A DNA stretch of 64,000 nucleotides from assembly GCA_951406725.2 (NCBI GenBank), contig OX597817.1:144956001-145020000 (forward strand), written 5' to 3'. This document shows, in pieces, positions 1-11,102 of the stretch; the stretch's first letter is position 1; every line of letters starts with the position of its first letter. A model generated the notes under the pieces. That model ran no database searches, was not told the DNA's origin, and saw only the letters and a list, made by a program, of their open reading frames with translations. The translations under genes and the position numbers were made by a program. Source of the DNA: Octopus vulgaris. Lineage: Eukaryota.

Positions 1-631
1 TGTAACAATTTTCTCTGAAATTGATAACTAAACTTAATTTTTGTGTTTGGTCCTGTGGGAAATTATTCTATTTCCTTATTTTATTTCTGATTTCTGTTTC
101 AATAGCCTATTTCGTTTATCTACTAAATTTTTCAACTCCAGCAATTACTGTTTCCTGCTTTTCTCTTTTGTGGAAGAAAATCTAATAAAAAAAATATATT
201 TTTGTTTACTATAATGTCTGATAATTTTAGTTGAATACTTAGTTTCATTTGAGGTTTATTTTTGTTCTGTTTTTGTTTAGCTTTTATTTGAAAGGAATTT
301 TTTTTTTAAATTGCTCTAAACCACTAATGCCATTTTTTCTAATTAACAATTCAAAGCTTCCAATATATTTGTTACATCAATGAATTTGTAAATGATTCCA
401 GGACACTAGATGAACTATGTAACTATTATTGGTTGATTATTTGTGGTTAATTCTTCATTTTTTTTCTGCTTATCACAAGATACAGACTGTTACAAATCAT
501 TGGTGACAATAAAGGGATTTGAAATATAGCCTTAGGTTTTTTTTTTTTTTTAGAGCTTTTATTTTTCGTCACAACCCCACTCCAACCCTGATCTGGAAAT
601 ATAGGTAACACTTTTGAGTAGAAGTTTTTGA

Positions 632-1216
632 TGTCAGGTCATTCTTGAGCATTACTGGTGACATGTAACCCAGTATGACCTGTCGCATGGTCGGGTCGTC
701 GGTGACTAAACTGGCAACTCCATCAAGCTTGCTTGGTGAGGAGGGTGATTGTTGGACACCCTGCGGGATGGAAAATAAGACCCATCAAAGGGCGGAAGAA
801 CCAATGTGTAGTCAACGGCCAATTCAACAAGTATCTTGATGCGGTGAAGTGCCTGTGTGCTCCATTGACCCGGAGAGCTATGCTGGAGGGAGAGAAATCT
901 CCAGACAGGTCTTACTAGACTAGAGAGGTTGAAGGGTAAAAGACCGACAAAACCTTAATGACAATAAATCAAAGCATTGGCAACAGGGCATGGATTTAGT
1001 TATCGGTAGGACCTAACAGATCAGATTCCTGGCTTTGAACTAGCAGGACGTCCTACAGAGGATCTTGAATAGAAGACAATGGATGAGACCCTAATATTCC
1101 TAGTTAGATGGAAACTGTGGGACCACATGGAGAAGTGCCCTGTGATTCCTATACTATGCACAACCGAAACCCCTAAAAGGGGCATCCTATGGAACGACCT
1201 AGATGAGATGAGATTG
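632..1216 (+). mobile_element. Non-coding retroposon, probably an internally deleted or non-autonomous RTE-clade derivative
   Basis: GC-richer island bounded by a near-perfect TSD (agaagtttttga 620-631 / agaagttttga 1217-1227). Ends in a (GATGA)n tail. Structured 5' region with hairpins agggtg/caccct (742-762) and gatgg/ccatc (767-786). No credible ORF. Confidence 0.65.
637..714 (+). ncRNA. Candidate HDV-like self-cleaving ribozyme (degenerate copy)
   Basis: Element order fits the HDV fold: P1 ggtcat(637-642)/atggtc(687-692), P2 ccagt(670-674)/actgg(710-714), P3 atg/cgc (imperfect) around L3 acctgt, gg(693-694) for P1.1 with L3 cc, short P4, J4/2 ctaa (706-709). It sits at the 5' end of the retroposon. 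Confidence 0.45.
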
Positions 1217-1325
1217 AGAAGTTTTGAGTTTGAAATTTATATTTAAGTAGTTATTTGAATTCAAATGAAATAATAAAACTTATTTGATTGGTTACGAAAT
1301 GATACCATCATATTTTCTTGCATAT

Positions 1326-1770
1326 GCAGACATGGCTGTGTGGTAAGATGTTTACTTCCCAACCATTTGGTTCTGAGTTTAGTACCACTATGTGGCATTT
1401 TGGGCAGGTATCTTCTGCTATAGCCTCAGGCCAAACAAAGCCTTATGTGTAGATTTAGTAGACAGAAACTGAAAGAAGCCTATTGTATAAATATATATAT
1501 CTGTATACATGTTCGTGTGTATCTCTGTGTGTCTTTGTATATGTTTGTTCCCTCAGCACCACTTGACAACCAGTATTGGTGTGTTTATATCCCTATGGCT
1601 TAGTAGTTCAACAAAGAGACTGATAGAATAAGTACTTGGCTTTATAAAAAAGAAAAAAGCAAGTTTTGGAGTTGATTTGTTCAAGTAAAGTTCTTCAAGG
1701 TGGTGCACCAGCATGGCCACAATTTAATGACTGAAACAAATAAAAGGTAAAAAAAAAAAGATAAAAGATA
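1326..1770 (+). mobile_element. tRNA-headed SINE, family A (diverged copy)
   Basis: Head tggctgtgtggtaag...ggttctgagtttagtaccact, central TA/TG microsatellite, tail ggtggtgcaccagcatggcc...gactgaaacaaataaaag. Shared with more than 12 copies in the window. Confidence 0.85.
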
Positions 1771-1928
1771 AAAAAAAAATACAAGCCATTGTCATATTTA
1801 GTATAAACGTTGAAACCTCATCACTATTTTCCCAAATCCTGCTGCATTTCACATGGAATTTTCAGTCCCCCAAAGTCATCTTCATCCATTAGTGCCCAAG
1901 TGGTTTTATACATCTTTATCTGATACCA

Positions 1929-2155
1929 ATCATCATCATCATCGTTTAACATCCGCTTTCCATGCTAGCATGGATTGGACGGTTTGACTGGGGTCTGGGA
2001 AGCCAGGAGGCTGTACCAGGCTCCAGTCTGATCTGGCAGTGTTTCTACAGCTGGATGCTCTTCCTAACGCCAACCACTCTGTGAGTGTAGTGGGTGCTTT
2101 TTACATGCCACCGGCAGAGGAGGCTGGAAAACAGCCACGATCAGTGGGTGCTTTA
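1929..2155 (-). mobile_element. RTE-LINE 3' UTR fragment (family B), (GAT)n tail
   Basis: Reverse complement of the 3' end of the RTE copy at 54765-55680 (ggttggcgttaggaagggcatccagctgtagaaac...catggaaagcggatgttaaacgatgatg). Confidence 0.85.
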
Positions 2156-2960
2156 TAAAAAAAAATTTTATCACAATATTTGAAAGACACTCCAGTCTTG
2201 ATGACTAACTAAAGATATCTCAGAAAAATACAGGTGTTGCAGAAATATGATGGATTATCCTTGTGATCCTGAAAAAAATGGACCATGGGTGCTAATAGGT
2301 TCATGTATAAGTCAACCAATCTTTTCTTTGCAGTAAATTTTCATCTGAAAAATTCAACTTGTTAAGCTGGAAAATACAGAATATATGAACAGAACTACTA
2401 AGAGTTTCTTATTTTTGATACAAATACAACATTATAATAGAACTGGATTACATATAGACTAATTGAACTTTGGCCAACTGGTTGATTGTGACTCTCAAGA
2501 AAAACATGAAAGACACCTAAAGAAAATATTAGCGTTACATTCAAAATAACAACCAATATCATTATAATCACATTCATTCAAGTATCAATGAGGAAAGGTG
2601 TTTCGAGTCTATTGTATTTATTGCATTGTACAGTAAAATGGGAGCGAGGAAGTGCTTATAATGTATAGTAAATTAATAACAGTTATTGAAGTTATGTATG
2701 AGGTTGATAATTACTGAAGGAAAACATTGAAACCTTTATAGAGTTTTACATAAGATGAATAGGTTGTATATATTGAGTGTAAAAATGCTGTTTATCTTGT
2801 TCCTCTTTGCACCAGAATCTAACCTTTATTCAATTCAGTTCAGATTTTTTTTTTGTATTTTTTTTTATTTGTTTGTTGTTTTTTTTGTCATTATATGGCA
2901 ATGGAAGTAAAATTGCCTCTCAATATGAAGGAACAAAAGGCAATAACAGCAAAAATAACG

Positions 2961-3009
<49 letters not shown>

Positions 3010-3189
3010 CTAACCCAGTTAGCAAATTATATTTATTTCACACGTATATATAAAGATATAAATGATGGAGAAATATTATGCAGATTACCTGAATCTGTAT
3101 ATTGTGACACATACAAACATACACATATATATATTATATATATATATAAGAAAGAAAGATGCATACACAAACACATATATGACTGTGTC

Positions 3190-3537
3190 TGTGCATAGAG
3201 CATCGTCATCAAAATACAGGACCAGATGCTGCAACACCTTGGGCTTCAAGGGCCCACAGCTCTTTAATATCCTTCCAAAATGCCTGAGAGACCAGCATGG
3301 TGTGGATGTAAGTGTCTTTAAAACAAAACTGAATCTCTTCCTGTCAAGGGTTCCAGATGAGCCCACCTCACAGCAGGAAATGCAGATGAAGGCAGTAGCA
3401 TCTAACTCCCTCATTGACCAAATGCCACATATCAGAGGAGGTTTTAAATAATGGTGTAGCTCAGTCAACGGTGGTGCCCCAGCATGACCGCAGCTTTGAA
3501 GCTGAAACATTTTTAAATAGTTTAAATAGTTTAAATA
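3190..3537 (+). mobile_element. 5'-truncated LINE (CR1/L2-group-like): ORF2 C-terminus and 3' UTR
   Basis: Peptide ...NTLGFKGPQLFNILPKCLRDQHGVDVSVFKTKLNLFLSRVPDEP...ASNSLIDQ is typical of CR1-type ORF2 ends. Stop at 3449-3451, short UTR with a hairpin, tail of tttaaatag repeats. Confidence 0.75.
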
Positions 3538-3539
3538 TA

Positions 3540-3757
3540 TTGCTATCCTGTCTTGGAAGCTACTTTGTGATTTTGCTAGTGCTGGTGGCACAAAAAACGT
3601 ACCTGTGCACACTGTAAAGTGATTAGCATTAGGAGGGGCAGCTAGCTTTACAAACTACACTAAATCTGACACTGGAGCTCAATGAAGTCCTGTACCTCAC
3701 TGGATCCTGTCAAACTGTCCAATCCATGTCAGCATGGAAAACTGACATTAAATGATA
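3540..3757 (+). mobile_element. Degenerate family B (RTE 3' UTR) fragment
   Basis: gtgctggtggcacaaaaa...attaggaggggcagctagc...ccatgtcagcatggaaaactgacattaaatgat. Confidence 0.65.
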
Positions 3758-3835
3758 TGTTTTTCATTACAAAGGGCAGGCTGATGGCCTACACCAGGAA
3801 TTCATCATTTGCAGTGTTAGGTGTAGCCCCATATA

Positions 3836-4225
3836 AGCACCTGTGTGGCTGTGTAGTCAAGAAGTTTACTTCCCAACCCTGTGGTTTTGAGTTCAGTCCC
3901 AGTGCGTGAAACCCCAGGACTACTATAGTCCTGGGCCAATGAAAAGCCTTAGGGGTGGATTTGCTAGATTGAAACTGAAAGAAGTCTGCTTTGTGTGGGT
4001 GTGTTCCCTTGTCTTGATGTCATGTGATATTTGTAAATGATGATCATCATCAGCATACAACTGACGTACTTTGTTTACAGTCTTCTGTGAAAACATATCC
4101 AGTCATGAAGAAATATTATCTTGCATGGAAATATGGGAGGGTTGACAACAGGAAGAGCATCCACACATCTGCTTCCGTAGCAGATGGAGCATGGAAAAGT
4201 GGGTGTTAAGCAATGATGATGTTAT
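3836..4225 (+). mobile_element. SINE with family A tRNA-like head but RTE-type (family B) tail
   Basis: Head gtggctgtgtagtcaagaag...gagttcagtccc...gaaactgaaagaag as in family A; tail caggaagagcatcc...agcatggaaaagtgggtgttaagcaatgatgatg as in family B. Confidence 0.65.
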
Positions 4226-4235
4226 CATCATAATC

Positions 4236-4614
4236 TTCATCATTTAACGTTCCTTTTTCCATACTGGCATGGGTTGGATGGTTCAACAGGAACAGATGAG
4301 TCAAAAGGCCCCACCAGGTTCTCTGTCTGCTTTGGCTTGGTTTCTACAACTTGATGCCCTTCCTAATGCAAATTATTTAACACGGTGTGAGCAAAATCGC
4401 AATCGTGGCAGATACCGGTGTCATACAAATGGCACCCATGCCAGTGGAATGTAAAAGTACCCATTACACTCTCGGAGTGGTTGGCACTAGGAAGGGCATC
4501 TAGCCATAGAAAATCATACCAAATCAGACTGGAGCCTGGCGCAGCCTTCCATTGTGCCGGCCCAGTCAAACCATCCAACCTATGCCAGCATGGACAACGG
4601 ACATTAAATGATGA

Positions 4615-4617
<3 letters not shown>
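4236..4617. mobile_element. Two family B fragments in opposite orientation (4236-4380 minus; 4390-4617 plus)
   Basis: catcatttaacg...catgggttggatgg (minus) and cccattacactctcggagtggttggcactaggaagggcatc...ggacattaaatgatgatgat (plus). Confidence 0.75.
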
Positions 4618-4666
<49 letters not shown>

Positions 4667-4825
4667 AGAAATTGTACAAAATGTATAAATGGATGATGAG
4701 TAAAGCACCAGCAGAGTTTCAATTACCTGTTGTTATCCATAGATTTACTGCAGGAACTTCATAGTGGCAGTTGGGGTAACAGTATTACTAAAATAGGAGA
4801 TGGAATGTGTAATAGACTTTATTGG

Positions 4826-4867
4826 GTACAACACATGTTTTGACCCATTCTGGGTCTCTTCAGGTAC
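4826..4867 (-). ncRNA. Decayed minimal hammerhead motif in a Penelope-type terminal fragment
   Basis: Minus strand: gtac-CTGAAGA-gaccca gaa tgggtc-aaaac atgtg tt-gtac. Stems I and II are intact. GAAA>AAAA and palindrome acacgtgt>acatgtgt are both CpG-decay type changes. Flanked by (TA)n. Confidence 0.55.
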
Positions 4868-4890
4868 ATCAAAATCTGCTATTTTATTAA

Positions 4891-4936
<46 letters not shown>

Positions 4937-5281
4937 ATATAATATAAATATACGCATATATGCATATACCTACATGTGTATATATACATGCATATATGGG
5001 TACAGGACATAAAAAAAACATTGAACACAATGAGATACGTAAACATAAAAACAAAAACATAGAAAACAAACTTTTTTTTCAAACAACGAAAAAAACAAAC
5101 AGAGAAACAAGACATGCAACATAAAGAATGTTCCCCTTCATCAGTTGTCCCTGTTTCGTCTACTCTGCGTTAATATATATACATATATATATTTAATCAT
5201 ATCAAAGGTAAATGGAAATTAATTAAAATTTACATTTCCAGTGGTCTAACGTGTAAAAATTTAGTCCAAAAGACTATATAT

Positions 5282-5681
5282 TAGTCATATGATATAGTGT
5301 ATATTTAAACATATGAGGAATCCACTTATAGGAATTCAACACGCTAGAAAGAACAGCTAGGTTCTATAACGACAGGAATGAAATGAAAAATATAAACATT
5401 TTACCATCTAGTTTCTTGGACCAATTGGTTTCTGATTTTAGTTTAGTGAGTAAAAGAACTCGCCAGGTGCAGTCTTCCTCAGCAGGACCACTTTGGGTTA
5501 AACGTATACACACGGGGCGATCAAACTACTTGCCCCGTATTTATACATCCTAACTTTTTCAAAATCTACTGCGCAGCCACAGTCCTTCGCCGGCAATAAA
5601 AAAAATACCAACTTTCTAGCATGTTGAATTCCTATAAGTGGATTCCTCATGTGTTTAAATATACACTATATCGTATGATTA
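5282..5681. repeat. Element with ~70-bp terminal inverted repeats inserted in (TA)n
   Basis: 5282-5351 (tagtcatatgatatagtgtatatttaaac...gctagaaag) is the near-exact reverse complement of 5612-5681. Confidence 0.8.
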
Positions 5682-7204
5682 TATATATATATATATATAT
5701 AATGATGAACAGGTAGAATTACAGTGATGAATATAAACATATCTGGATATGGTGCATATAAAATATAGCCATTCATCAATATTAATAACAGTATTCAATT
5801 GTGTGAATTACACACATTTGTATGTATGTATATATGTATGAATATACACACACATATGTAATACTGTACAGTTTCAATGTGTTTTAAGTATATAAAGATG
5901 GCAACTAGAATTTAGATTTTTTTTTTTTTTCAAATATGTGTAAGCTTTGATATTTAAATTTTAAAGTTGGTGGTCAGGAAGTGTTTTAATGGTGATGGCT
6001 TTTATCTGCAAATTAAACAAGTCTGCAGAAACCTTTTGAAAGGTTCAGCTAGGTAAAAGACGATAGATATACACGAGGCAACAAATTGTGGGGTCTGGAA
6101 AGTGAAACTATCAGCATTGTAAATAAACACCAATAAATGGGTTGTAGATAGTATCTTGACAAAAACTGATTTCTCTGAAAGCAGGGCCTTTCAGAATCTG
6201 ACTCTGTAACCCAGAATTTAACCCCCTGCTCCATTGACTTTCTACACAGAACCCCTAAATCAGTAGCTTGTGTTGATTGCTTTAGTTTCAATGTTATAAG
6301 AAAAAAATATAATATAATATAAAAAAAAAAGCCAGATGTTGTGTTCTGTTGATATGTAAGAATCTTATGATCTTGTTGGTCTACAATATAGGATTCTGTC
6401 ACTGGCACTCTCAGGAAATTTGTTTATATTTCTCTTGAGATTTAGATTCTTTTTATCTATTTTATTTATTTAATGCTGCTGTTGCTGCTGCTGTCGCTGT
6501 TGTTGTTGTTCTTTTTCTGCTGTTTTTCAACATTAACATGAATACATTTCTTGAATGTTGTTCTGAAAGCAAACACCCCTATCTTCTTACATAGAAAAAG
6601 CTGCAATCACCCCTTCACTTAACCTCACACTAATTATCTTTACCCTTTTCCACAAATTCTCCCCCACCCACCCCACCTTCGTTCTATTCTTCAGAAATCT
6701 TTCTCAATCATTTTTTTTTTTAATCTTTTATCTTTTATACCTGTTTTCATTTTCTGAAACATTTCTTCCAAGTTTTCATTTCAATCCCCTATCAAACCTT
6801 TCAAAAATCTTTTCTCTCTGATACATTCGTTATCAAATTCAATTAATCAATTACTTTTTTTCCTTTTTTCTTTTTACATTCTGCTTTGGTTATATTTTCA
6901 TTTTGACATCATACCAATATCTTTTGGATGAATTAGAAAATACAAATGTTTCAAGATGCTCTTTAAATCTAAATAACATAACATTTCCAAAATTATTTTC
7001 TGGCTTCCTTATCCTGGTATTTTCCATATTAAAATTACATATTTTCTAAAATATTTTATTTGCCAAAAGGAGATTAAAGAGATAAATAATAAATACATCA
7101 ATGCAAATGTATAAAAATATATAAGCAGTGTGTACATGTATACGTGTATAATTATACTTAATTGTGTGTGTGTGTGTGTGTGCATGCATGTGTGTGTGTG
7201 TGCA

Positions 7205-7730
7205 TAGGCATGGCTGTGTCTTAAAATGCTTGCTTCCCAATAACATGGTTCTGGGTTCAGTCCCACTGTGCAGCTCCTAAGGCAAGGGTCTTCTACTAGA
7301 GCTTCAGGCTGACCAAAGCCTTGTAAGTGGATTTGGTCCACAGAAACTGAAAGAAGCTCATGTGCGTGTGTGTGTTTGTGTGTGCTTTTATGTCTGTGTT
7401 TGTGTGTGTTTTTATGTCTGTGTTTGTGTGTGTGTCTGTGTTTGTGTGTGTGTCTTTATGTTTGTGTTTGTCCTCCACCACCACTTAACAATTGTATGTA
7501 TATATGTGTGCGTGTGTGTGTGTATGTTTGTGTGTCTGTGCTTGTCCCCCCAATATTGCTTGACAACCGATGCTGGTGTGTTTATGTCCCCATAACTTAG
7601 AGGTTCAGCAAAAGAGACCGATAGAATAAGTGCTAGACTTACAAAGAATAAGTCCTGGGGTCTATTTTGCTCAACTAAAGGCAGTACTCCAGCACGGCTA
7701 CAGTCAAATGATTGAAACAAGTAAAAGAGT
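7205..7730 (+). mobile_element. SINE family A with expanded (TG)-rich centre
   Basis: Full head, body and tail as in the other family A copies. Confidence 0.9.
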
Positions 7731-8321
7731 ATAAATATACATACACACCTACATGCATGTGAATGTGAATATTTTTGCATTTGAAGCCCATGTTTCCCTG
7801 TCCTACAGAACCATATTCTGTACACAAACCTCACACAACTTGTCCTTCTCTTTAATGGCGATACTTCATTACCAGAAGAGGTAATAATTTCCTGAACTCC
7901 CCCACCTCATTCTTTTAAACATTCTGATTATGTTTTCAGAATATTTACCTCCACTGCTAATTAGGTCACCTAGAACAGATAAACACACTTTCTGGTAGTT
8001 AAAAGAAGGCCTTAACAGTAATAGTTTCATATGATTGGGCTTGAAGTTTGTCTCTGTTGTATGGATAAAGCTAGGGAAGAAAAAAATTCCTGAGGTATAC
8101 TGACAGTTGAGAATAAGGGTGTCTCTAGTGCTATATAGCAGCAGGGTGGGGATCTTTAGCTACAAGATATCATATTTGGTAGTAGGGGTGGCCAGGTGGG
8201 TACATCGCTTAACTTTATATAGTGATTAACACAGATTTATTAGAATTCTCTAAATTTGGTCAGTACTATTTTGAAACTGACTCGAAAGTTAAAATACAAC
8301 AATAATATTGTATAACTTGTA

Positions 8322-8750
8322 AAGGCAGCGAGCTGGCAGAATCGTTAGTGTGCTGTATGAAATGCTTAGTGGTATTTTGACCATCGCTACGTTCTGAGTT
8401 CAAATTCCATCAAGGTCGACTTTCCCTTTCATCTTTCTGGGGTCGATAAATTAAGTACCAGTTATTTGCTTTCTGGGGTCAACCTAATCAACTGGCACCT
8501 TCCCCAAAAATTTCAGGCCTTGTGCCTAGAGTAGAAAAGAATCATTAGCACATTGGATGAAATGCTTAGCGGTATTTTGCCCATTGCTACATTCTGTGTT
8601 CAAATTCTGCCGAGGTCAACTCTGCCTTTCATCTTTTCGAGATCGATAAATTAAGTACCAGTTGAGTACTGGGGGGGGGGTCAATGTAATCGACTCATCC
8701 CCACCTCCCCGTGACTGCCCTTGTGGCAAAAATTTGAAATAACTTGTAAA
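8322..8750 (+). mobile_element. SINE family C, two tandem copies
   Basis: ggcagcgagctggcagaatcgttag (A-box-like), gagttcaaattcc (B-box-like), core gcctttcatcctttcggggtcgataaattaagtaccag, tail ggccttgtgcc. Confidence 0.85.
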
Positions 8751-9304
8751 TATATATTATAGAATATAAATATGATGCTTTTGTTTGCATAAAATTTTAA
8801 TTTTGTCTATATACAATTAAACATGTTGAAGACATAACAACATCACTAATGCTTAAAACACAATTAACAGCAGCAAATACAATCTGTAAAGTGATTGAGG
8901 AAAGGTAACCATAGAAACTGCGAACCATGCAAGTGAGGTGTGGTTCTCCAACCACACCTGAGAGGACAGTAACTCAGAATAAGAACTGACTTGATCTGTG
9001 ACAAGCCATCTAACCCATGCCAGTTTGGAAAACAGATGTAAAGGATGATGAAAAAAGTTCATCTAGCTTGAGTTCTTCAAGAGAAAAAATATATAATATT
9101 CTTATAGGTATATCTTTTGCTGAGATATATTAATCAGTAAAGGTTAAATACACTAAGAAAACTAGTAAACCTGAGCTTTTCAAATCAAGTCCTTTGGGAT
9201 ATTTGTTTTGCATTGAGTTACAGTTACTCCTTTGTTACTATTGCCATCAGAAATATCATAAACCATTGATTGCCTCATTGGAAACCTGCAGTGATGCCAT
9301 TCGT

Positions 9305-10120
9305 TTATCCTTTGTCTTTTTTCAGTCATTAGACTGTGGCCATGCTGGGGCACTGCCGTAAGGGATTTTAGTCAAATGAATCAACCCCAGTACTTTTTTC
9401 TTTTTAGCCTGGTACTTTATCAATCTCTTTTGCCAAACCACTAGGTTACGGGTTTGTAAACCCATCAACATCTGTTGCCAAGCAGTGGTGGGGGATAAAC
9501 GCATGCATGTACACACACACACACACACACATGATGGTTTTTTTACAGCTTCTGTCTACCAAGTTCACACACAAGGCTTTGGTTGGCCTGAAGAAGACAC
9601 TTTCCCAAGATGTTACTCAGTAAAACTGAACCTGGAACCATGTGGCTAGGAAGCAAACTTCTTGCCACATGGCCATGCCTGCACCATGAAAAAAAAAATA
9701 ATATAATTTGGAGCTTTATATTTTTACCATATTTAGACGTAGGAGTGGCTGTGTGGTAAGTTGCTTGCTTACCAACCACATGGTTCATGGTTCCTTGGGC
9801 AAGTGTCTTCTACTATAGCCTCGAGCCGACCAAAGCCTTGTGAGTGGATTTGGCAGACGGAAACTGAAAAGAAGCCTGTTGTATATATGTATATATATAT
9901 GTATGTGTGTGTATAAATTTGTGTGCCTGTGTTTGTCCCCCCAACATTGCTTGAGAACCGATGCTGATGTGTTTACGTCCCCATAACTTAGCGGTTCGGC
10001 AAAAGAGACTGATAGAATAAGTACTAGGCTTACAAAAAATAAGTCCTGGGGTCGATTTGCTCGACTAAAGGCGGTGCTCCAGCATGCCCACAATCAAATG
10101 ACTGAAACAAGTAAAAGAGT
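9305..10120. mobile_element. Two SINE family A copies, divergent orientation (9305-9685 minus; 9736-10120 plus)
   Basis: Reverse-complement and forward matches to the family A consensus. Confidence 0.85.
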
Positions 10121-10719
10121 TTCAAAAGTCTATAAAGGAAAATTAAATTTTCAGTAGTTAAGACAAAATATAATTGTTAATTACCGGATTAAGGAGCTTA
10201 TTGAAACCAGTGATTTAGAAGACATAGTTTCAGTTCACTGGTAAAACACTTATCCCTTTGTAGATAGAGCATAAACAGTGTATTACTACTTTACACAACC
10301 AAAGAAACATCAATCTTTTCCTTAGCTCTGTGTTATCCTCATCATTATCAACATCCTTTAACATACTTTTTTCCTGTGCTTTAAACATTTCTTCTAAAAT
10401 ACAGATATCAGCCCCCGTACCATTTATTTGGAAGATCCAACATTATCAGCAATTTTGATTTGGCTACTTTATCCTCAGCCTCAGCCAAGTCTATCTTGAA
10501 AGAAGGCTCCTTCTTCCATCAACTTATGATACATGTTTCTTCAGCTTACGTCACATATTTCCATACCAACAGACTTGTTATTCCTGAAAATATTGGAAAT
10601 GCTTTTGATGTCCAGTAATTTTCCCATCTCACCTGCACTCAATCTGTATTATAGATTTACTGTTAACATAAGCACAGGGCAGTCAGTCTATCCAGCATAT
10701 GTTTTCATACCAGCAGCAA

Positions 10720-11102
10720 GTGGAGGCACAATGGCCCAGTGGTTAGGGTAGCAGACTCGCGGTCGGAGGATCGTGGTTTCAATTCCCAGACCGGGCGTTG
10801 TGTGTGTTTATTGAGCGAAAACACCTAAAGCTCCATGAGGCTCCGGCATGGGGGGGCGACCCTTGTTGTACTCTTTCGCTCCAACTTTCTCTCACTCTTT
10901 CTTCCTGTTTCTTGTACCCGACTTCCTAAGCAACCACTGAGCCTGGATGCGCATTCATCCATCCATCGATGCTCTTGATGTCGGGGGTTGACCTGCTTTC
11001 TCTTCTGCGGGTCTTACGAATAGCAAAGGACCATGTTTCGGACTTCTCTCATCTTGCGAGCTCTGGGACGAAGACCATTCGCTCAACAACAGCAACAGCA
11101 AC
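10720..11102 (+). mobile_element. tRNA-derived SINE, family E (variant 1), (CAA/CAG)n tail
   Basis: A box tggcccagtggtt, B box ggtttcaattcc, tail caacaacagcaacagcaaca. Possible TSD accagcagc (10709-10717 / 11103-11111). Confidence 0.8.

Noticed and set aside
733-918. 61-aa ORF in the GC-richer island
   Set aside because: No recognisable domain or splice signals; it lies within the structured non-coding part of a TSD-bounded retroposon.
5125-5172. Minus-strand ...gacgaaacagggacaaCTGATGAagggg... hammerhead-like words
   Set aside because: CTGATGA and GAAAC are present but I cannot build stems I-III in any permutation; probably a truncated PLE terminus.
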